Positions 14,797 to 31,468 of a stretch of DNA of 64,000 nucleotides are shown here, piece after piece. The position numbers and the translations under genes were made by a program. Under the pieces are notes generated by a model, which was not told where the DNA came from, made no database searches, and saw only the letters and a program-made list of their open reading frames with translations. Numbering within the stretch: position 1 is the first letter of the stretch; the number at the start of each line of letters is the position of its first letter. The stretch lies in assembly GCF_009914755.1 (NCBI RefSeq), contig NC_060931.1; one strand, 5' to 3'. The stretch comes from the human T2T-CHM13v2.0 reference genome, Homo sapiens.

Positions 14797-16374
14797 TTAA
14801 CCATAACATTATACAATTTAAGCAGCATCATATTTGTTAATATCTATTTTCAAAAGCGACTCTTCCTAATTTTATTGTTTTCTTCCTCCCTTTTCCACGC
14901 ATTTGTTTGTTTTTCTTCCTCCTAGAAAGTCATGTTCTAAGTTATCAAAATGTGTTTTTCCTCGAGCTCTTCAGGGAAAAAATGCCATATAAAATTAATT
15001 CATGATTATTTTATGTAAATTATTATCTAAAGTACTCACTATGTGTAACGGTTAAAGTTGATTGTTACTAAAGTGATTCTAAATATGAAAGTGTATAAAA
15101 CCATGAACTATTCTCACACTACATCTCAAAGAAATTTGAAATTTCTAGTAAATTTCAAATTTACTAGAAGACTAGTTCAGATATTGTTTTTAATGATTTA
15201 CAATCATCTTCTGAATTTTCATTTGCAAGTCAAAGTCACAAAACTAAAAGTGCTACATGTTTTCTGACCAGATTCTCTGAAATAATTATATAGTGCTTGA
15301 GCCATTGTGCTATAAATATCTTTGAAATCAATGCTATTAAAGAAATGCTATATCAGCTGTGAAATGAGAATTTCTCCTCCTGTCCGTTGACATTTACAAA
15401 AATTATACGAACTTATTGATAGAAAATCCGTTTGCTTGGTTTCTTTTTAAACATCTTATGCTTTAAATAATATTCAGTGTTTTTCCAGTAGGTGGAGTAT
15501 TAGTCTAGATAAAGTAAATCACTGTGTGAAAGCTAATTTTTTCTTCCTACTATTTTGAGAAATTTTTGATATAAAACATAAATCACCTAATAGTTTCACT
15601 AATTCTTTTAATTGCATCAATATGGTATGATTTCAATTACTCTAGACCTTAAGAGGCAGATATATTTTACTGATTACATTACCATAATAACAATGGCATA
15701 ATGACAATAGCAGTAAGTACTTATTATACCTCTCATTTTAAAATTGCTTATCAAGCCATTAGAGAAACCTCCTGACATCTCTGAAACAGAAATTACACAA
15801 CAAAGAAAGATCTGTCTCTTAAATCCTTTCTCTCTCGAGCCTTAAGCATTTCTGGGAAACTGCGTTCCTTGTGAGTTGAATATTGGTTCAAGGCTGATGC
15901 TACCACTTCCAGTCCAGGAATCTGAGACGATCACTACCTCTCCCTGGGATTCTGCTTCCCCTTCTAAGTTTGTGAAAAGATGGTGATAAACTACATCTCT
16001 GAGGCCCCTCCCTACCTGAAAATCCCCAAATGAACCTGAAATTGACAATCTTATGGCTGAATGTCGGGAGCCAAGTCTGCCGAGATGTTTTAGTACATAC
16101 GGCAAAGATGGCACTTGTTATACGGTCTGGATCTCAAAATGGAAAGTGAGAGAATGATGCCTTTCCAGGGCAGGTGGACGCTTCCTCCCACCCTCCATCC
16201 ATCACCAAAACCGGTCGAAGTTGAATAGTGCCCTGAAAAGACACCTTCAAGTGGTACCCTAGAGTTGTATCTTCACAGATGATTCTGCTCAAAGCCCCCA
16301 GAGACATGGGAAAATACTATTCCTTAGGGCCATGGTAGCAGAACATCTTCAAAGAAACCTCACAGAACTGGTTC

Positions 16375-16480
16375 AACCTCCTCACTTTACAAATGAGGAA
16401 ACTGAAGTCCAAGAAGGCTTCCTAACTTGATAAACATCCATTTAACACGTGGCAGAGCCAGGGCCCATCTCCTGGCCCCA
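16375..16480 (-). mobile_element. MIR
   Basis: TTTACAAATGAGGAAACTGAAGTCCAAGAAGG (antisense MIR core). Confidence 0.7.
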
Positions 16481-18748
16481 TTCTCATCCCCCCAGGCCAC
16501 CTCTCCTCTCTTACACTGGAAGTCTAGAAGCTGGTTTGCAAGGGGTCCCTGAATGACCTTCCGTAGAGGACAGTGCCTTACCGAGAAGAGGAAACACATA
16601 CTGAAACCAGCCACTTTTCTCTTTTTGCCTTCTCACAGTCAGGTGATTCGGGTTTGGAGAGAGCCCCAGCTCCCATGCGCAGGGGATTTTCTGTCCTAGA
16701 AAGGCTTAGGCACAGTGGATTCACCTGGATCTCTTCTAGTTTTGCAGCCAGTTTTTCTTTCTTGCTCTTGGACCGGAGAGCCCCCAGACCCAGGCGTAGG
16801 CTTAGGTAAAGGGGGCTCAGGAGACAAATCTGTCTGCTTTGGCCCTAGGCTAGGCCACCTCTGGCCTTGCCAACAATTAATTAATACATTAGTTAATTAA
16901 TTAATTAAGTCAAAGTCCTCCAACGTGGTTGAGCCCAGCTGGGGACTGGTAATAAAGTGAGTGGTTTAGAGAATAATTCCCAGAAGAAGCACAAATTGAT
17001 TATTGTATTTGGTGAAAGGACAGCAGAAGAGCATTCTGGGCAAAAGATACAGCTGGTCTAAAGCCCTGAGCACACCTGGGAGTGCACAGTGCCTCCCCAG
17101 GTGTGAGAGTCAGGTCACAGCACAGGGGCAAGGTCTAGGCGAGGGCACTGCATTCTCGCCTCTCCATTCTACGAAGATGCCCCCTACCCCTCTGATCTCC
17201 CCAGGGCCATTTAATCTCTCCCAAAGAGGCAAAGGCTCCCTGACTTATCCATCTGCAGTTACCTGCAGGATTCGGTTAACTTTCCCTTCGTAAAGGCATC
17301 CGCCGTGAAACACACCAGGCACCTCCAGGACCGGCATGCATCGCTAACCCAGTGACAAAAGCATGGCTGTTGCTCGTTTATTCCAGAGTTCTGTTAGGGG
17401 AGAGTGTTTCTTGGCCTCTTTCTTCTTCTTGAGTATCTCTATAAGTCGGCAGGATTTATGAGTAGCTCAACCAAAAACAAATTAAGGTAGACAACGTGAC
17501 CTCTAAATGGGTCAGCCTCCCAAATGGTGTCCTCTCATCTGCACCCATGGCTGTTCTTGGGATTGGAGGGATGGCCGCAGGGCTTGGCAATGTAGGTTGG
17601 GAGGGGGCTGGCCTGCTGACCCTCACCCTGATGGGCTTGTGGCTCTCAGCAATGTGGTCCCAAAAACAAGTTGCACTGAAATCAAGACTCTCAGAGCAGA
17701 GCAGGGGCAAGTGTCTCTTGCATGAAAATTCGGAGTCCCAGATTCACGATCAGCCAGTCTCCCCATCGATGTGGTCTGGGAGGATGGAGCCAAGCTCACT
17801 CACTCAAACTCGATGGCAATAAAATGCTATGAGGGCTTCAGTCCACTGAGTCATTCACAGAGATTCCTCCCTCTACAAACAGACGTTCTAATGGAAGTAA
17901 AAGCTAGGAATCCATACCTTAAACACACACACACACACATGGACAGATTTACATACAGATACATACACGAACATGGCTCAGCCAGTGCTGACCCATTTAA
18001 CACATGTTAAATGAGCACCTTGCATATCACAGGCCCTTTTCATGTGGATCGTAAATTAACTGGAAGGTTTATTAGATAACACTACAGAGAAAGAAATAGC
18101 CGAAAGTCCAGAGGTGAGGTGTTAGCCACGGAGCTCTGACAACCAGGTGGATTTCCACTGCACCTGCTGAGCCCACTGATCAGTGTTTAACAAGCGTGTG
18201 TTATGCCACGCTCCTGGGGCAGGAGTGGTAACTGAGGCAGCGTCCTTGAACCCACAGGGTTACGGTCTCACCAAGGGAGGATCAGGAACAGAGCTGCAAC
18301 CCTGGACTAGCAGGAGAGTCACACCTAATCCTACTTCTTTATCTCCCACACATCTACATTTGCTCCATGTCCTCTCCATTATCAGGAACAAAGTGATTCT
18401 AGGGTTAGGAAGGGGCAGAAAACATTTAGATGAACGTATCCTTGATACTGGGGTCAAGGCCTGCTTGTTCGTATTTTCAATTGCAAATGGCCCTAGGCTT
18501 GTGTATACCCTTCATAGAATGGAGATTCCGATGGGGAGAAAGAGATGGTCTCCACTCTTCAAACCCTCTCTTCTTTGAAGTCTGTGGGAATTTCTAGTTT
18601 AGAAGGACGGGTAGACACAGATAAGGGGTGCGAGTTGAGCTGATAATTGTTTCTCCTACCTGAAGTCTATCTGCATCAGCCTCTTCTTATCTTCAGCCTT
18701 GGGCTTCAACTTGGAGTAAATAAAACATTCATCAGATGATATGCTCTA

Positions 18749-19377
<629 letters not shown>

Positions 19378-20789
19378 TCATACACCTAAAGCCAATCTCT
19401 CCATAATCACTTTATTGGGAATAAAATGATATTTTGAAGAAAAAAGATGATATATTCTAAATTCAATATCGCTGAGCTAATTCCAAGTATTCCCTAAAAT
19501 TAACGATTAGGAAAAACAGCAAGAAATCCTAGGCCTTTGTCTAGGCCATGGAAAAAGCGGGATCTGCCTTGAAATTGTGTCCTTCATCTCAGGAGATGGG
19601 GCCCGGCCCCTCCACCGGTCCAGGAGAACCCACGCCATTTAGGTATTTCTTCTTTAGCTTCTCCACTGCATCCCCAAAGCGTAAACGGCTGATGAAATCC
19701 CTTCAAACTCTGCCAACGCAAACTGTGGCTTAAAAATGGAAATGAATGGATATTGCAAAATAATACCTGAATAGACGTTAAAGCTTTAAGCTCCACATGT
19801 AAGACACAAGGTCCTGCCTAAATCAGTATGCTTCTAATGGCTTCATGGCAAATGTTGAACAAGTTAGTGTTCACTCAAGGTTGTCCTGGGGTACATGGAG
19901 TCACAGTCTTTAATTTTAATGAGCCTCTATTACACAATCTCTTATCGCCTCTTAACTGCCAGTGAAATGACCACCAGCTAAATGTACAGCAAAATACATT
20001 TCTACAAAAGAGCTCACTTGGACCCCAAAGAAATTACCTTGAAATTATTACACTTAACCGTGGCAAATGCACCAGGGTTCATTTGAAAAGAGGTGGCCAC
20101 CTGGCAATACGAGTGAAATCATATAATATGTCATTTCCTTAGGCTTTTCATGTTAAGCTTTTCTCGCTATATCTGATTTAAAGTATTTTCTCTTTTAAAT
20201 GTAAATATTTAAAATGTAGCTGATCCTCTCCCTCTCCTAATTGAGGTGACTGGGCTAGTTCAAGAGACTGTGGCCTGCAGCTCACCGTTTTGTCTCTGGA
20301 GTCAGAGTGCCAGCCTTGGTACTTACTCTGTGACTGGACACTTTATAATATCAAAGATACGAGATCATACCTATCTAATATCTATTCAATAAGACAATAC
20401 ATATTAAAAGATCAGCACAAAGCCTTGTACACAGCAGTTGCTCAATATGTGCTTCCTCCTTTTTCCTACTATTGAATCCCACCAGCCAAGACCAGAACTA
20501 TATCTGCAGTTGGACAAAGTTGGGTTTATCCCTTGTTGCAGTGAGGGCTTAGCAGTTTGAGTCAAACGGGAGCTGGAAACCACAGTCGGTTAAAATGGGG
20601 TGATAAATAGAAGCATTAACTATGGCAAACAGCAACTCCAAGATGTAAGGAAATCCGTGCAGTTTCCTAGTGGCCCCCTAGGGCTGAGGGAGCCCATCCA
20701 GGGACAACCTCGGTGGGGGTCTGACCGTAATGGAGGCAAAGCTGCCCCTGTCTCCTCTGACAGTCTCCAGCTGGGCCTGAGAGTTAAGT

Positions 20790-21542
<753 letters not shown>

Positions 21543-22340
21543 GGACCTTGCTGGAGAAGGTGTGTCTGCCTGGCAGAGAGCAGAGACCCCTGCTTAGCCA
21601 AGCTGGAGCTGGTCCGGAATTGCTGGGGGAGCGACAGGCTGGCTGCCCTCTGGAGTGCAGGTGGGGGAGCAGGCAATAGCAATGGCGGTGGGGGTGAGAG
21701 TGAGGGGCTACCAGGGCGGTTCAGACACACGTCCAGAGGTCTGTGGGCAGGTTGCCATGGCTGAGACGCTAGGGTCACAGAGGGATCTCTTAAAAGGCCT
21801 GCGACTCAGACAGGCTTCACCTCATGTCTTCGCACTCTGGGCAGAGCCTCTGCTATCCCCCTCCTCGAGCCTGTGCTGGAAATTGCAGTAAGCCCCTTCC
21901 TCTTGCAGTGTCCCTCCAGAGCACGCTACTGAGAAAGCTTGACATTGTGCTCACCTTAAAAGCAAAATCTTTAAGGAATTCCATTGTTTATCATAGAGCT
22001 TATATTGAAGGGTGCATTGGGAGCCAGGAAGCAACGAGTTGATTGATAATTGACGCAAAGGGACCCATATACCTTAGAGAATGACGGGGTGGCTCTAAGA
22101 GTCAGGAAGGGCTTATTTTAGGAATCAGGCTTATGGTGGGGAGGGTTCAAGGAAGCAGGTGTCTCTAATCAACTGGGTGCTCTCAGAAAAGCAGGGCTAA
22201 TTCAGTTATTGGGCCTCTTAATGCATTTCATCTGGGAGGCAGGAAGAATGGAGAACACTAACGTTGTTATTGAAGAAATTGCCGGGAGAAAGAGATGTTT
22301 TGGTTTTGGGTTGTACAAGGTCTGTTATTTTTTAATTTCT

Positions 22341-22793
22341 TGTATTAGTTTCCCAGTGTTGCTGTAACAAATTGCCACAAACTTAAGGACTTAAAACAAC
22401 ATGCATTTACTATCTCACAGTTCCAGAGGCCAGAAGTGCAAAGTCAGCGCAAACGGCTGAAGTCAATCAGAAAGGCTGGTGCCTTCCGCAGGCTCTGAGA
22501 GGAGAATCTGTTTCCTTGCCTTTCTCAGCTTCTAAGAGTCTCCTGCGTTCCTTGGGCCCTTCCTCACGTCACTCTAACTTCTGCTTCCGTTGTCACATCT
22601 TCTCTCCACTGCGACCCTCTTGCCTCCCTCCTATAAAGACCCTGGTGGGGACCTGAGACCCACCCAGGGAATCCAGGAGAATTCCCCTATTATCTTAATC
22701 ACATCTGTAAAGCCCCTCTTGCCAAGGAAGGTGACGCGCTCTCAGGTCCTGAGAATTAGGATGTTATCTTTGGGAGGCATGATTCCGCCCACC
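22341..22793 (-). mobile_element. MLT1 (MLT1C/D-like) MaLR LTR
   Basis: TGTATTAGTTTCCCAGTGTTGCTGTAACAAATTGCCACAAACTTAAGGACTTAAAACAAC..GGAGAATCTGTTTCCTTGCC. Confidence 0.85.
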
Positions 22794-22900
22794 ATATCTC
22801 CATATTCAGACAAAATTGCAGAATGGTCTCGTGCCACATGGTCAGGTCCTGGAGAGCCCTGATCCGATGCTGCTGTTCTGAATTATGTTCGGCAGGGGGA

Positions 22901-22920
22901 CAGCACCACCTGGTGGTAAC
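22901..22920 (-). promoter_or_regulatory. CTCF-like motif
   Basis: Minus strand GTTACCACCAGGTGGTGCTG, one mismatch from CCACCAGGTGGCGCTG; lies in CpG-retaining unique sequence. Confidence 0.55.
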
Positions 22921-23392
22921 ACTCGGCAAAGCATCCGCCGTCAGCTGCAGAGCTGCTTTTCCTTTGGGGTCCTCTTGCTTTAACCCACCTTCCCCACAAT
23001 CCCACTCATCCCTTCCGGCCACAGCCCGCCTTCTTAGACACAAGGCAGGCAGGAGTATGCGAGAGAGAAGACGTAAGGACGCCTTGCTCGTGGTAAGATC
23101 AGAGACTGATCGGAGAACGCTTTCCTCCTTCCCTCCTTTGAGAATTTCCTCAGGCACTGCAGCTTCACCTTTGTGAATGTTGAAGGCTTTCTGGATATCC
23201 TCGTCACTTCTCATATTTTCCTAACTGAGCAGGTAATTTGGATTAGAACTGTACAGCATGACCCATTTAGGTTCCTGTTCACTGTTTTGAAATTAATGAC
23301 TTCATCAATGAGTTAAGGCTAGGAGTGTTCATTATGTTTTTTAGAAAAGTCAAAACCGAGCAGGATCACCGAGAAGCAAGATGACACAATCA

Positions 23393-23836
<444 letters not shown>

Positions 23837-24193
23837 TTATAGAGATCAACTAGGAATTTTATTTTACTGTAGCTCAGCAAAAATAATATAAAATGGCTGC
23901 CAAAAAGCCAAGGCCGTCTAGTCTGGATCTGCAGAAACAATTCAGGAAAAGGAAGGTACCTCCACTGTGTGGGTCATGCCAAACCTGAGGACGGATTTCC
24001 CTTCGGTGCTCGCGACTTTAAAAGTTGCATTAACAACTGTTAATGTCAATTATCAAGATCCCACCATGTATTGTATTGGGCTGTATTGGGCCTGAGGACA
24101 CAGAAATGTAAAAACCTAAACATGGAAATTTAATCTTTAAAACTGTGTACTATGTATCCATAGAACGAAATACTAGTCATCCATGACAAATGA

Positions 24194-24987
<794 letters not shown>

Positions 24988-25265
24988 CACAAATTTAGTT
25001 TTTAAATTGTAAGAAGTATGAGGTGGAGATTATCACCTCCTAAGGCATTGCCAGGTAGGCTATTGGTTAACAATGGCATTTTGCATTTAACCATTTAACA
25101 AAAGAGAGTAAGTAAACAGAAGTGCGGTGGCAGTTACCCATGGGTGTCATTAGATGGCAGCAAAGCAGCTAGCTAATATTTAAGAGCAGAAACTGAAGAG
25201 CTTTTGCTCCAAAGAAACATATATATGAGATTTTAAATATTTAAGATTATCTGAACGGAATAAGT

Positions 25266-25599
<334 letters not shown>

Positions 25600-26597
25600 T
25601 AGAAAACTTTTCAAAATGATAGCCAAGCATGCAAGTGTTTACTTTAATAGTTTTTGGGGGTGGGGTGCTTTTGGATTTTTGTGGCAATACTACTCATGCA
25701 CAAAAACCTACTGTACCAGTTCTGTGGGTCAAAAATCTAAAATGTTCTTGAGATGTGAGGACCCTTTGACTCTTAACCGTGACTGTGCAATGATCTCTAA
25801 GTTTCTAGGAAGCAGTTTCAAGATTCTGCTGCAGACAGTCATTAATAATGAATGACTATTCATCGTAGTATGATGTGGTGATGCCATTTGATCACTTGCC
25901 TGCCCTCTTTCTTCACTGCCACTCTCTCCTTCCTCCCAAGAGCACAGCTAGCTTCCAGCATCTTTGCTCATCTGAAGGACAGTTTTTTGCCTAATCAGGC
26001 CCAGTTTGAGCAAGGACTCTGGATCGTATCTGCTTCTGAGTCTGTGCTGCTGCCTTCAACAAGTTGCTGCTTGTTCTGTCTCCTTCCTCTACACAATTGA
26101 CGTGGCCCCCATGGGAATGCCCATGTCGGAAAGCAATGCTGTGCTTTCTTATAACCCGCACCTCTCGTCATGCTGACCTTGGCACGTATTAAACTCACTT
26201 CAGAAAAATGAATGCTTACAAAAGAATGTTTTCCACCGGGGTGGGGGGCCCAAAAAAGGCCCAGAAAGCTCTAAGAGCTCACAGTTGGAGAAACACATCT
26301 AGACTGTATAGGTGGTAAAAAGACAGCTGAGAAGATAAGGCAGGAAAAGCCACACAGGGACACAAAGGGCAAGGCCAGTGATTCTGACACCACCATTGGC
26401 ACTTTGTCCACGGGCAACAGGATCAGAAACGTGCGTCGCTTCCGTGGTTACTGTCTGTGCACCGTTCCCAACAGCTTCATTTCTCTCCCTCTGCTGCCAA
26501 CTCGCCCAACCACCCCTGCCTGTGGCAGGAGAAATCATTCTCATTGGGATAACCGAGAAAACTACAACTGTTTACCCTACTTGACCCTCAGCATTTG

Positions 26598-26627
26598 AGT
26601 GTGTGTGTGTGTATGTGTGTGTGTGTG
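26598..26627 (+). repeat. (GT)n microsatellite
   Basis: About 15 GT units with one interruption. Confidence 0.9.
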
Positions 26628-27302
26628 ATCATGTCACAAAATAAAATGTTTCCGCAAAACTTCATTGCTGTAGATGTGGCATATTCCCTATCAGAGGCTG
26701 ACACTGGAGATTGGATCAAGCAGATTTTACTCCATTAAAAAGAACATGGATCTTAATCCTGTAGGTAAATCATCCACAGAAAATGTACATCACCTGGAGA
26801 GCCGTTCATAAAGGATCTTCACTTACCATGCTCAGATTTTTTCAAAGAACCCCAGCAAAGGAAGACATGGGTTTCCATTTTCTCGGGCTGGTGTTTTAGA
26901 GTCAGTGCTGATGAAATAAGGTATCAGAAAACCAGGGTTCAAAGAGTGATGTCATCCCCACAGGGAAGATTTGGTTCCACACAGGGTAGAGACGTACTTC
27001 TAAAAGTGTCTCTTGTTTTCCTCCTGCAGCTCGATCATTATCCTTCTGTGAGTTACCATCTGCCAAGTTCATCCGACACCCTCTTCAATTCTCCCAAGTC
27101 GCTCTTTCTGGGAAAAGTTATAGGTAAGAATGTGGTTCGTTAGGTATAAATGCGTGCTACAAATACATTTGGGTAATGTGAGTTTGGATTTTAAAACTAT
27201 CAGGTAAATTTCTCTTACTGGGGCCAGTCACGAATATCTTCTCTGTACAGGAAAGTTACGTGGTTGTTCTCGGTGTTGCACAAGCAAAGCGTCAACAAAT
27301 TA

Positions 27303-27719
<417 letters not shown>

Positions 27720-28302
27720 TCAGCGATGGTAATGGAACAAACGTTGTTTGGTGCGTGGCATAAACTACAACCCAAGCGAAGGCAAATCTGCTCCAGGCTT
27801 CTCTATGTAGAATTTGGTCTATTACAGACCTCTACCTACTAGCAATATGTAATTTAACGTTTCCTTTGTCAAAGCATATCAACATGATTCTATCTTCCTC
27901 TCACTCGTAAGAAAGCACCTTGATATTATTTGCAGATAAGAAGGCCAATAAGGAATTTGACAGTGTGACAGAACACCCTTCCCCATGTGCGACTGTGAAT
28001 TCCAGAGTCTCCTTGTCCCTCTCTTCACCAGAGGAGATTAGCACTGTGCAAAGCTAAAAAATGTACCATGAGCCACAGATATGTGAAGGTTACACCCTAA
28101 ATTTTTAAAATATCGATATGATTGGTGAAGTATTTTAAAATATTTAATGTGAAGCCAATGAATTTTGTTCATATGAGGCTGTGTACTGTGAACTGCAATG
28201 AAAACAGTAAGATGGTGGTGATGTACAGGTGGGAGGGAGGTCACTCGGCGGCCAGTGTGTAGAAGTGATCAGAATAGCATTAATGGTAAAAATGCTCACT
28301 TA

Positions 28303-28900
<598 letters not shown>

Positions 28901-29489
28901 TGTGCTGTAATCCCTGTGGCAGTTAATCTAGAATGCAAAGAGAAAGACAGAGAGGAAAGATTGGGCAGGTGATAAATGCTGAGGCTGTCCAGGTAAGGGA
29001 TAAAGCCTATATCTTGTGCCAGGAAGTGGTCAAGAACAAAAAGGATTCCTGGGTTTAGAACCAGGAACACACCAGTCCGGCTGGAGAGGGAGGCATCCAG
29101 AAGAGAGGGGGAAAGCAGGTGTGTGCATGAAGCCCAAGACCACACACCTGGTGAACAAGACAGTGGGGAGTGGCAAGTGATAAATCAAAGGGTGGAACTG
29201 GAAAACAAAAGAGGGCTAACATGTATTGATCACTGAGCCTTAGATATTGTACGATATGAAAGATAATTAAATAGCTTCTGCTTAATCCTTTGCATCCTGA
29301 AAACAGCACTCAGGCACAGTCTCAAATCTAGCTTTGGATTACCTCACCCTGATGTCCTTATCTGAATTTTCTCCAACACTTTCTATAGTTGATGTATTTT
29401 TACAGATCTTATCACCACTTTTATGTTCTGTGAACAAGAAGAGACTTTGTGACATCACATGTTACACGTGTAAATATAAGAAACAAACG

Positions 29490-29650
29490 TCACAACAATC
29501 CAATGAAATGAGATCCCTGATTATGAACCTCATTTTGCAGATGAGAAAACTGAAGCAGAAGAAGGTCAATTTGACAAAAGTTACTCAACTAATACTGGCA
29601 AAGCAGAGTTTGGAAGCGAGGTCTCTCTGAAGACAGTCCAGACTCTTAAG
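29490..29650 (-). mobile_element. MIR
   Basis: CATTTTGCAGATGAGAAAACTGAAGCAGAAGAAGG. Confidence 0.7.
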
Positions 29651-31254
29651 TAGGTCAAACAATCTTGTCATTCATGGTGAAGCTCCAGAAGAGGGATGTA
29701 TTTGAAAGTTGAGCGATGCCATCAGTTAGCAACAAAAAGTGGCTGTTTAGTGGAGTAGGGCCTTGGCATTCATGAGTCATGGATCTGAGACTTTGGTGAG
29801 TACCCGCTTTCTACCAGAGGTACTCCCACGGTTCAGTTGAGAATACTTTAAAATGTTAAGTGCTCCTTCAGAACCATATGATTCCATCAAAACAAACGCT
29901 ACACTATGATATGGTGATGTTCCTAAAGATACTACACTATGATATTCGTAAAGTAACATCAACTATAAACATACCCGAAAATAATAGACTTTTTATTACT
30001 TTGTGGAACCTGCAAAGTCAAATTTTGATGGGAATGTTGGATGATTTCTAGGTTCTGTCACTATGAGTAATATTCTCTGGTTCCTCTGTTTTTCAGGTCA
30101 TGTAACTAGTTCACATTTCAGCACAATTCCAATATACTGTATGGCATGGACCTTCAAGGTCGTGAACAAATAACATCATAAAGGCCACATTTTCTACAAC
30201 TAAGAATGTACCTTGACATCAATCTGTGCAAAGCTAAAAGTGTACCATGAGCCTCAGATACATGAAGGTTACACCCTGTATTTTTTGTACACCCAAGAAA
30301 AATGTTGCTGCATACACAAACTAGGTAACTGTGCATGTGGCAGTGAGTTACAGAAAGTACACATAAATACCTGTAAGGAGGTCCACAATTCCAAGATGGA
30401 AATGGTGTTATGCAGGTGAGAGTAGTTAGGGCTCCAGCAATGGGTCCTTGGTGCACTGACTTCTAGTGGAGATTATCTCTCATCCCTACAAGCCTGTGAC
30501 CTCCCTGCAGACCAAGAAAGCATCTCATAGTTCCACCATATACTAACAAGGAGCAAGTGCTCAATAAATATTTGTTGAATTAATAAAGAGTAAAAGGGGA
30601 AGGAAACAGAAAGATATCATTGTAGACGTATACTGCAGGGTGAAAGGGTATGGATGATCATCCTAACAGAATCAGTAAGATTCGCACAGAGGTGAGAGCT
30701 GCAATCCTCACATATCTCACAGCCTAAAAGTAGGCATCTGACGATCATGAAGTAGAAAGAATGTGGACTTCGGAATCAGGCAGAGCTTGTTAGACTGGAA
30801 TCCAGTTCTACCTCTGTTAGCATTGAAATCTTGACCATGTTGCTTTCTTAGTTGAACCTCTCAGAGCCTAGGTTCTCTCCTTTGCAAAATGGGGAACACA
30901 AATGCCTACTTGCAGGTTGTTAACTCCCTGAGGGCAGAAGGCAGAGACTTTTTTTGAAACTAATCTATTTGCAGCAGGCTGATCAGTGCCTAGTATACAG
31001 AAAGGGCTCAAAAAATACTTGTGGAGTAAATGAACTACTCTTTTAATATTAAGCTAATAACGTCTTAAGACATACACAACACAATGCCTAATACATAAAT
31101 AATTACCATTTTTGATGCTAGCTACATGCCGGTTATTATGCTATATGCTATAAGTACAATACTGTCTGCGTTTCTCACAACACCACAGACCATTGTTACC
31201 CTCGTTGTATAGAAGAAGGAGCTAAGGCTCAAAACTATTAAGTTTTCTTCTTAA

Positions 31255-31468
31255 AGTGGGGTTTCCCAACAGCAGAACTATTGACATTTTGGATCAGAAA
31301 ATTCTTTATTATGGGGCTGTCTTGTTCATTGCAGAATGTTTAGCATTCTCCCTGGCCTTTACCCACTAGATATAAGTAGCACCCCAAGTTGTGACAACCA
31401 AAAATGTCTTCTAACATTGCTAAATGTTCCCCAGGAGGGAAAAATTACCACCCCAGTTGAAAACCACA
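31255..31468 (+). mobile_element. MER20 (hAT-Charlie) inserted in a MIR
   Basis: ACTATTGACATTTTGGATCAGAAAATTCTTT..GTTGTGACAACCAAAAATGTC..CCAGTTGAAAACCAC. MIR pieces at ~31100-31250 and ~31470-31540. Confidence 0.88.

Noticed and set aside
22756-23214. Longest ORF (152 aa, minus strand)
   Set aside because: No recognisable domain, non-ATG start, runs into an MLT1 LTR; openness is explained by local GC content.
29899-29945. 14-bp direct repeat CTACACTATGATAT as a CRISPR-like or array unit
   Set aside because: Only two copies, eukaryotic context; a simple micro-duplication.
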